This document shows, piece by piece, positions 49,151 through 59,923 of a DNA stretch of 64,000 nt; positions within the stretch are counted from its first letter, which is position 1, and the number at the start of each line of letters is the position of its first letter. The notes beneath the pieces were generated by a model. It was not told where the DNA came from. It searched no databases and saw nothing but the letters and a program-made list of their open reading frames with translations. The position numbers and the translations under genes are program-made. This DNA is from Peribolospora baueri (lineage: Eukaryota), in NCBI GenBank assembly GCA_029717555.1, contig JAMDHS010000006.1:186001-250000 (forward strand), given 5' to 3'.

Positions 49151-51450
49151 TTATCGATGCGGAGCAGGAGCAGGAGGCGGCGGTGGAAGAGGGTAAGCGA
49201 GGTAAGGATCGACGGAGGAAGAAGCGGGTCCATCAGCTCGGTACATCCCATAGGGGTCGGGTACGCTGTAGCCGGCGGCGTAGGGGTCGTAGTACGCTGG
49301 AGGGAACACGCGCGGGTCGGGTCGAAGCTGACGGATGAAAGATGATCGAGACAGTTGTAAGAACAAAATTGGCAGAGTCATCTTTGCCTGTACACGAGCA
49401 GCGTGACAAGAGGTGCAGGTCGCACTCACCCCCATCCTATCGAGATCCTCCCAAACGTCCGGCGAATCAAGACCTTTTAAGTCGGGATACGCGACATACA
49501 TCTCGGCCACCTCGCGCTCTCTTTCTCTCTCCGCCTTCTCCCTGTCTTGGTCCGTGCGACTTTTGCCTTTGCCCTTGGCGCTGGCGCCGCTACGTTCGCG
49601 ATCGCGCACACTTTCACGCGGCCCTCGAGATGAAGAAGGCCCTTCAAAGTCCTGTAGACGGGCCCCGGGGCGGGGGTAGAGCTCGGCTTCAAAAGGATGA
49701 TGTCTTCGTGCTGTGGATAGTTGGCAACCAATGATCAGCGTTCCGCATATCGTGGGCGGCGCATTCCATGGCGGTCTACGACGCCGGTCATGTAGGATGG
49801 CTGTAGAGCGGAAAAAATAAAATAAAAACTCACGTCCCTCCCCTCCCTCTAAAACCCTACGATCCCTATCCAATCTTCTCCGTTTCTTGCTAGCATCCTC
49901 GATCTGTTCCTTCCTAAGCTCCGCGCACTTCGCCCTCCAGTCGCTCCAGATCGCCCTTTCCTCCGCACGGGTCTTTCGCTCGATCTGCTTTTCTTGCTCC
50001 TCTAACCACATGCGCGCTAGCTCGAGTCGACGGTCCCGACGGCGGGAGATGAGGCGCATAAGATGGAGGAGCTCAGGGTGCGTGCCTGTTACCGTATTGC
50101 GAATGCGTCGAAATAGAGACTATATTCAGTGCACGCTCCCGTCTTTGTCGTCCGTGGCAACACAGTTGTGAAGATAATCAAAGCCTTTCCTCAACCGCCC
50201 GCTTACCATTCAAAATCATCTCCCCCTCCCTGCTGATCTCCTCGATCCTTTCGACATAGAGCCTGTCCCGTAGCTTGGCAAAGTCAATCTCGATCTTCGT
50301 GAGAGCCTCGATGGCTTCCCTCCGTCGCAGAGCAGCTTCGTCTGTGGATGTATCTGAGAATTCGTAATTGAGGGGACGAGAGAAAAAGACGTGAAGTATT
50401 GCCAACAATCAGGCAGACCTTGAATGGTCTGTTCAACGCAAATCGCTCGATTTCGCCCTCTGGCTTCTGCCCCGCATTGCCTTTTCACTCACCCTCGGCT
50501 TCCGCCTCTGCTTCCGCCTCGGCTTCTGCTTCGGCATCCGCTGCAGCTTTGACTTTGGCCAGCGCCTTATCCTTGCCCGTCGGTGTAGCGGATGGCGAGG
50601 CTGCTCCAGAAGGTAGTAAGGATGTGGAGGAGAGAGCAGGCGAACCTGGCGCAGTCGGAATATCCTCGGGTACTTGCGTGGATGTCGAGCCTCGAGTGAG
50701 AGCTGCGAGAGTATGAGCAGCTTCATCTTGGTCCACCTCCATCTCTTCGTCGTCCCGCTCTACCTCCCCTTCCTCACGTTCGCCATCCGGATCCGCGTCT
50801 GCGTCGTCTTCGTCCGCATCGCCTTCCTCCTCTAAGGAGTCCTCCTTCTCAGCTGGCCGGTCGTAAACAACGTTATTCTCCTTCGGCGAAGCGGCAGCCC
50901 CTTCTCCAATTGTCGGCTCGGCTTCTGCTCCTTCCTCTTCGTCTTCCTCCTCCCCATCCGAGCTAGCGTCGTCCTTCTCTTTCTCCGGAGCAATGGCCCC
51001 TCTTGCTGTTGTCGGTTGTGCTTCCTCCCCATCCTCCTCATCGTCCTCCTCGCCATCCGAGCTAGCGTCGTCGTCGTGAGCCCCTCCAGCAGAGGCCGCA
51101 GATGTTGCCGATCGCCTGGAGCTGAGCGATGAGTCGGAAAGTTCTGCACCATCGTCGCTTCCCGATGCTTCACCCCCACCCTCTTCTGATGCAGACCCTT
51201 CCTCCCCGTCCTCTCCGTCACCGGGGTCGGTGAGGTGTTCCGTGAGATCACTCTCGTCAGAGAAGTCGAGCGCTGCCGAGGCAGCTTCCTCAGAGGGTTT
51301 CGGTAGAGGGGCTGGAGCGACCGAAGCTGCGACCTCGCCGAACGACGACAGCAGTTGCGCGTCTTCGGCTGTGGGCCCCTCTGTCGTCGGCGCAGGCTCT
51401 GGAGGAGAAACGCCCGGCGCGCCCTCTGCGGGAGAGTAGACGGAAGACAT
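49151..51450 (-). CDS. Sds3-like family protein (Rpd3L HDAC subunit, Dep1/Sds3-like), multi-exon
   Basis: Acidic N-terminus, then RRREAIEALTKIEIDFAKLRDRLYVERIEEISREGEMILNGTHPEL and a coiled coil. Confidence 0.8.
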
Positions 51451-51668
51451 GATGACGGCGCGGAGGAGAGATCGCTGCGCTGGACAACCGCGAGCGGCGA
51501 GGTCGCACCTCAGCACGACCCGATCCAGCCGCAGCATCCCCGCGTCATTCCAGGAGAAATCCGGCAATAGGCGGTCGAGGATCGCATTGCCGCAGTTAGT
51601 TGGTGGTGAGGCCTTTTCCTCCAATCTTCACTGCGAATAGAGAAGGAGGTCAACCCATACCGCTAGAC

Positions 51669-52450
51669 ATGGCGGCCGCAAAGGACCACAAGACTTCGAA
51701 GGGAAAGGAAAAGTCACCGGGAAAGAAGATCAAAGCCGGGGACAATGTCAAGAAAGGCAAGGACACGCTGAAGGGCAAGGACAAGACCGAGGGACCGAGT
51801 GTTCCTGACGTAGCCTCGCAGAAGGGATCTGCACAGAAGGATGGACCAGTTCACCCCTCTTTCCTACTCGCATCGAATAAGGAGTTTGACAGGGACCTTG
51901 ATTCTCTGTTTGCATTGAGCGTGAGCTTTTGCATCTTTCTCCTCCGGGACGTCTTGAGCTCCGATGAGCTAACTTATTACCCTTTGCTCTCGCACTCGCT
52001 TTTTCGAAGGCTAAACCCGTTCCCGTCAGCTCTTCCCCTTCTCTACCCGCATCAAACGGCGTTAAAGCGTCTGATCCGACTTCCTCCGTGTTGCAACTTC
52101 CATCCTCGCAGCCGCTATCGATATCGACGAACAAGAAGCGCAAGGCAAAGGAAGGGGCAGAACGTAGCAGTGGAGGCCCGAAGAAGACCAAAGCTGAAGC
52201 GAATGCGGACGAGGCGAAGGGGAAGAAGGAGGAGCTCACGGATGCAGCGGAGCGGGCTCAGGAGAACGTAGAAAAAGCCAGTGACGAGGACGAAGACTCG
52301 CTGGAGCGGCAGTACGAGCGCAAGCTCGCAAAGGCGGGACCAGTCGCAGAGGCGAAGACAGCTGTGGACAAGAGGGCTGGCTCGTCTGACGAATCCGAAG
52401 AGCACACCGACGTCGATGAGGATGACGAAGACGAGGAAGATGACGAGGAA

Positions 52451-52491
<41 letters not shown>

Positions 52492-54490
52492 CGAAGAGGA
52501 AGAGGAGGAGGACGATGACGACCTCACCTCCGCCCCTCCCATCCACGAAGCGCTCCTCCAAGGCAAGGTCAAAGGTGCGAAGAAGAACTCCGACACGCCG
52601 TCAGTGCGCAATGCCGAGGGGCCAGCCGCAGAAGGAGACCAGTTTAATGGAAAGAAGAAGAGCGAGATGACGGAGGAGGAGAGGGCTGAAAAGGACGCGA
52701 GAACGTTGTTCGTCGGCAACCTCCCAGTCGAGGCCGCCACCAGCAAGGTATGCAGTCTCTTTCGGCCTCTCCAACTCATGCCAGCGACACGAGTTGGGGA
52801 ATCAGTCCGCTAACACCTGTCCCCGACCCTCTTTCCTACATCTTATCTCTATACCTCCTTTGGCCACCCCTCTCGCCCCGCTCGTGCTGCCCTCTTTGTC
52901 TAACAGACGATTAAAAAGGAGCTCCGCCGGCACCTACTCTCCTTCGCTCCAAGCGACTCTTCACATCCGGCAGGGATCGAGTCGATCCGCTTCCGCTCCA
53001 TCGCCTTTTCCGTCCCCACCGATCTTCCCCCAGAGGCGGAGGAGAAGGCGGAGTCGAAAGCTCGACGGCGCGCTGCCGCTTGGCGAGAGGTAGCCAAGGA
53101 GGGCAAGGCGGTCGACGAGGGTTGGGAGGGGAGAAGGAGGAAGAAGGCTGAGGAAGAGGACGAGGCGATGTCGGGACCGGCGGACGGGCCGTCGAAAGGA
53201 AAGGTGTTCCTGACCGCCAAGCAGAAGAGGAAGGTGGCCTACATCCAAGGCGACATCAATTCAGCGGCTCAGAGCGTCAACGCCTACGTCGTTTTGGCGC
53301 CGTCTTCTCAAGGCCCGAAACGCTCGTCCACGAACGGTGATGAAGACGATCAGGGCGACGACGGGCACAAGTCGTCGCCTAAGCGCCGACGCGTCTATCC
53401 TCCCTTCATTCTCGCGGGCTTCATCGCGGCCTGCGCAGACGGAAAGCCGTTCACGCCGTCGGGCACGAGCGCTTCGACGCGTCACCTGCGGGTCGACCTC
53501 GTGCGTCCTCTCCAACCGGCCGAGCTGGTCTCCGCGGGGCTCGAAGATCTCGCGCCGTTGCTCGGTTCCGTCACCGCGAGCGTCAAGGGTCGAGGAGGGA
53601 CGGCGACCGGTGGAGCCGGGGCGGTGGCGGAGCCGCGCAAGACGGTCTTTGTGGGCAACCTGGATTTCGAAGCGGGGGACGAGGAGCTGAGAAACTTCTT
53701 CGAGAAAATGGTCACGGAGGAGATGGGTAAGCCTCCTCCGGCGTCCCTTCCTTCTTCTCACTCTCCCTCAGCCGCCGCTGCCGCCGCCCTCCCTGGCACC
53801 TCGTCCGCATCAGCGGCGTTCTCGGTCGCACGCTGGGTACGCTCGGTGCGCATCGTCCGAGACAGGGCGACGCAGCTCGGCAAAGGGTTCGCGTATGTGC
53901 GCTTCGTCGACGAGCGGTGCTTGGACGAGGTGCTGGCCGTGGCGGAGTCGGACGAGGTGGCGAGAGAGAGCGGCGAGCTGAGCAGGAAGGGGGAGAAGAG
54001 CAGGATGAAATTCCGGGGAAGGAGGCTGAGGATCACGAGGTGCAAGGTCGGCGGCGGTGGTGGTGGTGGCAAGGCGGGGGCGGAGAGGAAGAAGGAGGTG
54101 TCTGTGGGCAAGGGTCAAGCGGTGGTACGGGGAACGAACAAGGAAGGCAGGAAGGCCATGTCTTCCTCCGCCTCGGCCGCTTTCTCTCGGGCGCCACTCC
54201 CGAAGGGCGATTCGAAGCTCGGCGAGCGTCTGGCCAATCTGTCCAAGGAGGAGCGTCGGAAGGCGAAAGCGTCCGACCCGGCGCGGCAGGCGCGACGACT
54301 GGCGAAGAAGAAGCAGCGCATGGCGATGGACAAGGGCGGCGGGGCGCGCAGGGACGGCGGCGGGGACAAGAGAGCGACGAAGAGTCGGACGAGGAAGAGC
54401 GCCAGCGAGGTAAAAGCCAAGGCGGCCAAGGCGGTCAAGAAGGGTGCGGGATCGTCGAAGGGCAAGGGGAAGAAAGGAGGCAAGAAGTGA
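51669..54490 (+). CDS. NOP12: Nucleolar protein 12 (two RRMs, 60S biogenesis), multi-exon
   Basis: DRDLDSLF, acidic tract, RTLFVGNLP, IESIRFRSIAF, SVNAYVV, KTVFVGNLDFEA, VRSVRIVRDRATQLGKGFAYVRF, basic tail. Confidence 0.9.
52454..52483 (+). repeat. (GAC)10 coding trinucleotide repeat (poly-Asp) in NOP12
   Basis: Ten consecutive gac codons inside a D/E tract. Confidence 0.9.
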
Positions 54491-55465
54491 AGGGGAGGGA
54501 GGGAGATGTGGATGAGGGGTAGTGTGGGCTTTCTTCCACGTAGCCAACCGGGTTCGTGGGGTTGGAATGGAATTTCTTCTTTTCTTCAACGCCTGGAAAG
54601 TCGGTGCACGTCGTCGGGATTCGGTATGTGCGGCCCGTCCTAAGATACGCAAGTTCTACCTACCACCGTCGCCCACGGAAGGCGTCCCCTCACCTCACTC
54701 CGTTCACCATTCGCTGTTGAATTAAGTGGTCCATATGATACATCGAAGGAGATAGAAAGCGCGAGGGCATGAAAAAGCGACCGACGGTGGAGAAGAAAGA
54801 AGAAGAAAGAGAAGGAGGGGAGTGTATGGATAGCGACAGCGATAGGATGGACGGATGGACGGACGAAAGGAGGTGCAGAGAACGAATTAAGATGAAGCGC
54901 GCGCGAGCTGAGCTGGGAAACGCGTGGGTGAGTTGTGCGCTGGTTGTTGTACGGGGAAGGGTGATAGGGACGAGGGGCAGTGTCGGAAAGAGGGAGAATG
55001 TATCGATAGGACGAACGGATGGATGGGCTCACGATCATGGTGCGGACGGGACGAGAAGACAGGAGCTAAGCGGAGCAAACTAACGAACACGGGGCAAGAG
55101 CAAGCAAGAGAGAAGAGGAAAAGGATAGGACAGAGGGGCGGTGGTTAAAAGGCTACAGTCCTAGAGAGAACGCTCTAGATACAGACAGACAAAGTAACAA
55201 AGAATGGGGGCGAAGCAAGCATGTGGAGAGCACGAGAGACGAATGATGAGCGGATGGATGTGTCGACCGCGGGACTGAGATTAAAATGGGAGAACAGAAC
55301 CGACGAAGGGAAGGGGCGAGGGGTGGGGGTTATAGGAAGGAAGGGGGGGCGCGGTGGGTGGGGAGGAGGAGACCGTGCGCCGTCGGTACGGGGAGCGAGT
55401 CTGTCGACGCCGTTTGACCGAAGGCAGGAACGGAGGGACGACCGACAGGACGACGGACGAAGGGG

Positions 55466-58400
55466 TCACTTGCCGGCGTGCTTCAACCTCCGATGTCTCT
55501 GCAGCGCGTCCTTGCGACTGAACACGCTCCCACACCCGTTCTTCCCCTCGCACCTCCACTCCACCGCTTTCTCCAACGCCTTGTCCGCGTCCACTTCCTT
55601 GCCCAGCACCTGACAATCCTCGAGCTTGATCTTGTTCTCGCGCAGCAGCTGCGATTCTTCGCGCGCGTGGATCGTCTCGCGGTGCCGCGCGAGGTCGTAG
55701 GGCCGCTGGAAGACGATGCGGCAGCGCTGGCCCGTAACGGGCGAGACAAAGTCGCAGTGCGTCACGGAGTGCTGCTGTGTCCGCGCCCCTCCTCCTCCGC
55801 CGTCCGTACCTCCACGCGTCCCCTGTGAACCGGCAGCGATATCGAGGCCGGGGACGAGAGAAGGAGATGCGCCCGGGTTCCTCCTTGTTGGCGGGCCCGT
55901 CTTGCGTGTGGGCGGTGTGACGGAGCGTGGCGTGCCGGCCACGGTGGGGGTGACCACCTTGCTCCTCGGCTTGGCGTGTGCCCGTCTCCCCTTCCTCCTC
56001 CGCTTGTTCGGCTCTTGACCCAACACGTCGCCAACCATGGCAGCGTCTGCGTCCTCCCAGTCGCTCCCCACATCCCCCTCCGTGCCGCTGTCCTTCTCTC
56101 CGCTGCTGGAAAACGTATAACGATCCTCCTCCTCCTCCTCCTCTTCCGCATCTCGCACAGCACGGCTCCGCCGAGGAGTCTCGTACCTCTCCTCGGCGGT
56201 CTGACCTCTCCAAACACCCTTACCGCCGACGTGAGGCCTCCTAGGCCTCCGCGTCTCCTCCTCCTCCTCCTCTTCCTCCTCGTCCTCGTCGGAAGAAGCC
56301 CGCAGTGCCGCCGACCGACCTTGCCCGGGTGTCGTCTTGGCCCCCCACCACTGCGACCGTCCTCCGCCTCCGCGCCGTCGCGACGACGCCTTCTGCTGAC
56401 CCTCTCCCTCCTCCCCAGCAGACGCTTCCTCTTCCTCCTCCTCCTCCTCTTCATCGTTTTCTCCGCCCCACTCCACCTCCTCATCGCTCGAGCTAGAGCT
56501 GCTCCCCAAAGGCACGAACGTTGGTCCTCGCACGCGAGCAGCCTGCTGAGCCGCGAGCGGGTGTCCGTACGGGAAGAGGACCCCGCCGGCCGTCGTCGTC
56601 GTCGTCGCCTGCCCGCTTTGGGCGGCCGCCGCCGGGAGCGCCGCCGCAGTACGTGACGTGCCGGTGAGAGCATGGGCGGGGCATACGGGGGACTGAGCCA
56701 TTGGCGTGCGAGGCCGGCTGCCGGGCGTACCCGTTCCCGTGCCTGTGGGCTTATCGTCTCTTTTCCCCGGCGCGTGGCGCGTGGGCGACTCGAGACCGCG
56801 CTCGGCGATGGTGCGCGCGTCGGGGAACGGGTACGCCTCCTTCTGAGTCGGATCGAGGCCGAGCGCCTGCGAGCGGGGAACAAAAGGCATCTCGTCCTCG
56901 TCTTCCGTGCTCGTGCTCATGCTGTCGCTCGGGCTGAACAAGCTAGAACAAGGACTAGGCGTCGCCAGCGTCGGGCTCTCCTCCGTCGCCGCCGGCCCGT
57001 CGCCCCTCTCCCCCTGCGCCTCCGCCCGCCCTTGCGACGCGCCCGTCCGGTCCAAAAGCGAAGCGGCGGAACGGTCCTTCTCCTCTGGCCCTCCGGGCTG
57101 GCCGCCAGAGAGGGAATCGAGGATGCCCTGTCCCGGCGGGAGTTCGTAAGGATGTCGAGCGAAGAGACCGGCGTCGAAGTGCGGTGGGCCTGGACGAGCG
57201 TGGCCAGAGGACGAGGCCAGCGGAGCGGTATTAAGCTGGCCCAGCTGAAGCTGCGAAGACGACGACGACGACGACGGCGGCCGCGGTGGCGGGCGTCGAG
57301 CGGGAGTGGCCACATTGGGAGAGGGGACGGTCGAAGTGCGAAGGGGACTTGGCTTGGCAGAAAGATCCGAGCCGTGACGGTGGAGAGCGTGTGCGACGCC
57401 AGATGGCGGAAGGGGAGCGAAGAGGCTGGGAAGAGTGGGCGTGGTGGCTCCGGAGCGGGAAGAGGAGGAGAAGGAGGGCGAATGCGAGCCGGCGACCTTG
57501 CGCTCCACCTCATCGAAGTCGCGGAAGGTTTCTTTCGGGCTGACCGTCAGTCTGTCCTGGTCATCGCCGCGGTTCTTCGATCGCAGCGGTGATGGCAAAG
57601 AGGAGGGGCCTGAAATGGGCTGAGATGGTGGCTGAGAGGCGGGAGAGAGAGACATGAAGGACGTGGGTGAAGGTGTGCCCGGTGCGCCAGAAGAAGCGCC
57701 ACTGGCAACGAGAGCCGCGGACCTGGGCGAGCCTGGTGCGGAGAGGGTGGTGGCGCTGCCGCCGCTGGCGTTTCGGGCGTGACCCTGCCCGGCGATCCGA
57801 CGAGGCGACGGAGCGTCGCCGGCGTGCGGCCGGTCGTGGTGGGCCTGGGAAAAGCAGCCCTGGTCGGGACCGTCCCAGTCCATGGCGTCAGCAGACTTGC
57901 CCTCAGCCTGTTCCGCCTCGCTGAGCAGGCTTTGCTGCCGGCGGACGAGAGCGGATCGCTTGAGGCCGTGCGGACCGGAGACGGGATGAGCGGGCTGGTC
58001 TTGCGACGACTGCGTCGGACGGGCAGTGAGGTACGCGGGGTTGCTCTGGCTAGGGAACAGGAGCGCCCTGGCCTGCGCGTCTTGGCTACTCGCACCGGCG
58101 ACGGAGGGGAAGTCAGCGCCTGCGCTCTGCAACCCGCGCGGGCTGGCGCCTCGCTTGATGTCGCGCAAGGGGCCGCGGAGGACCCGACAGTCGAAGCCGA
58201 CGAGGTCCCTCCTGACTTGTGCGATCGCCGCGTCTTCTTCGGCCTGCTGTTCTTGCTCTGACCTGGCCGAAGACGTGCGCTGAGGGGGCGCAAAGGAAGG
58301 GTGAAAGGCGAGGGAGTAACCGGGGTCGGTGGAGGACGAGGAAGAGCCAGGGCCAGGTGTGGAGTGATCGAGGGAGGCGCCGTTGTGGAAGAGCTCGGGA

Positions 58401-59044
58401 AAGAGATCGAGCATGCTCCCTGTGCAGGGGTCAAAGCTGCCGGAAGGGGGGGTACTAGGAGAGCTGTCGGGATCGAGGTCTGGGACGCTGTTTGTGGATG
58501 GGGTGAAAGGGCCTCCGCGTCGTGCACCGGCGTCCTGTTCGTCGTCCTGACTGGCGATGGTGGTGTGAGAGAGGTGAGAGGGGCCGTGACGAGAAACAGG
58601 AGGGGAGCGATGCCGTGCACTCAACGACCCTGGAAGCTCATCTTCGACCCGGGTCGCGGGCGAAGAGAGAGGCGAATCGAGGAGGGTGGAGGGATCAGTG
58701 GAGCGGTAGTCGGTGAAGGCGGGGGGGTTGTGGGCGGCACTAATGGCCGAAGCGGGCGGCTGTTGATGTTGCTCTCCGCCGTTTCCGGGATGAGGGCGAG
58801 GTGGGGAAGCCTCGGGATGCTCTCCTCGGACGAGCTCCCAGGAGGTCTGCGGGACAGGCAAGTCGGGGTTGCTCGCGGTCTTAAGACCGGCGGCGTCGGA
58901 GGGGCAAGCCGCCTGGTGTGCGCTGGGCGAGTCAAAGGGGGCTGCTGAGGTGGGAGAGTCGGCGTGGTGAAGAGCAAGGTGATGGTCGTCGTCGTCATCG
59001 AAGAGGACAAAGTCCTCCTGAGCAAGCATGGCTGGTCGGGCCAT
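55466..59044 (-). CDS. RPN4: Intronless C2H2 zinc-finger transcription factor, Rpn4-like
   Basis: C-terminal C-x10-C finger CDFVSPVTGQRCRIVFQRPYDLARHRETIH and a second finger CEGKNGCGSVFSRKDALQRHRRLKH. Long acidic and low-complexity N-terminus. Start taken at MARPAM. Confidence 0.65.
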   Translation of the reverse strand: MARPAMLAQEDFVLFDDDDDHHLALHHADSPTSAAPFDSPSAHQAACPSDAAGLKTASNPDLPVPQTSWELVRGEHPEASPPRPHPGNGGEQHQQPPASAISAAHNPPAFTDYRSTDPSTLLDSPLSSPATRVEDELPGSLSARHRSPPVSRHGPSHLSHTTIASQDDEQDAGARRGGPFTPSTNSVPDLDPDSSPSTPPSGSFDPCTGSMLDLFPELFHNGASLDHSTPGPGSSSSSTDPGYSLAFHPSFAPPQRTSSARSEQEQQAEEDAAIAQVRRDLVGFDCRVLRGPLRDIKRGASPRGLQSAGADFPSVAGASSQDAQARALLFPSQSNPAYLTARPTQSSQDQPAHPVSGPHGLKRSALVRRQQSLLSEAEQAEGKSADAMDWDGPDQGCFSQAHHDRPHAGDAPSPRRIAGQGHARNASGGSATTLSAPGSPRSAALVASGASSGAPGTPSPTSFMSLSPASQPPSQPISGPSSLPSPLRSKNRGDDQDRLTVSPKETFRDFDEVERKVAGSHSPSFSSSSRSGATTPTLPSLFAPLPPSGVAHALHRHGSDLSAKPSPLRTSTVPSPNVATPARRPPPRPPSSSSSSSQLQLGQLNTAPLASSSGHARPGPPHFDAGLFARHPYELPPGQGILDSLSGGQPGGPEEKDRSAASLLDRTGASQGRAEAQGERGDGPAATEESPTLATPSPCSSLFSPSDSMSTSTEDEDEMPFVPRSQALGLDPTQKEAYPFPDARTIAERGLESPTRHAPGKRDDKPTGTGTGTPGSRPRTPMAQSPVCPAHALTGTSRTAAALPAAAAQSGQATTTTTAGGVLFPYGHPLAAQQAARVRGPTFVPLGSSSSSSDEEVEWGGENDEEEEEEEEEASAGEEGEGQQKASSRRRGGGGRSQWWGAKTTPGQGRSAALRASSDEDEEEEEEEEETRRPRRPHVGGKGVWRGQTAEERYETPRRSRAVRDAEEEEEEEDRYTFSSSGEKDSGTEGDVGSDWEDADAAMVGDVLGQEPNKRRRKGRRAHAKPRSKVVTPTVAGTPRSVTPPTRKTGPPTRRNPGASPSLVPGLDIAAGSQGTRGGTDGGGGGARTQQHSVTHCDFVSPVTGQRCRIVFQRPYDLARHRETIHAREESQLLRENKIKLEDCQVLGKEVDADKALEKAVEWRCEGKNGCGSVFSRKDALQRHRRLKHAGK

Positions 59045-59923
59045 TCCGATGATCCTGGTTGTCTGGGTCTGGGTCTGGCTGGTTGACCGCTGTTGTTGTT
59101 CGTTGTTGCCGCTGTTGTGTGTGGTGGGGCGGCTGTTGTGAGTTGAAAGGGGAGTGTGTGTGCGAGGAAGGAGATGGAGGATGGGAGGATGGGATGGACA
59201 AGGGACGAGGGTGGTACAAGGACAAGGGGATAGATAAGGGATGGTTGATGGGCGTGCGTCGTCGAGAGCTCGGCCGGCACGCGCGACTCGAGTCGATCGC
59301 CGCCGCTGATCGGCCGGAGTGACGTGAGAGTGCGGCTGGACAAGCCGGTGGCCGCAGTCACCGCAGTCCGAGCGATCGATGGTTGGGTTGGGCAAACGGA
59401 ACGGCGTCGCTTGGACCAGGCGGACGGACAAGCGGAGGTGGGAAAGAGGTCGTTGGTGTTGGTGTTGGTCGTGTTGGTGGTCCAGGGTCAAGACATTGGC
59501 AGTCTCCTCGTCCGCCGCCGCTCCCGCTTCCCTCCAAATCCCGCTCCAGTCATCCCCAGTCCAGTCACCTCGGTCCCGCATAGCCGGCTATCTCCGGCCC
59601 CGTCCGTTCTCGACCATTCGAGAGCGGCTGCCACGGCGACCGGGCGGAAGGAGATTCCCCTCCGCCCCAACTGTGACAACGCAAGCCATCTACCTATCTA
59701 TCCTTTTTCCTCCACCCGTGCAGGGACCCGCCGAGGCGAGGCGAGGCGAAACAAGGCGGAGCCAGGCGAGGCGAGGCAAGACAGGGCGAGTAAGCTCGGC
59801 CCGGTCGGTGAGGTGACACTCGGCACCGCTTTCGTCCAGATCCCGTACCTAACCTACGACTTAGCTACACGTCGTGCCTATCGTGGCCTCGCCGCGCACG
59901 GACCACCGTCCACTCCCGGCCCA

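Noticed and set aside
23070..54490. Functional cluster of ribosome/RNA-processing genes (MTG2, RRP46, MRPL35, SPB4, NOP12)
   Set aside because: This is a large gene class, the genes are interspersed with unrelated ones, and I found no shared promoter motif.
59045..59581. 179-codon in-frame extension upstream of the Rpn4-like start
   Set aside because: It translates simple repeats and a pyrimidine-rich promoter/5'UTR-like tract, so it is probably open by chance in GC-rich DNA.
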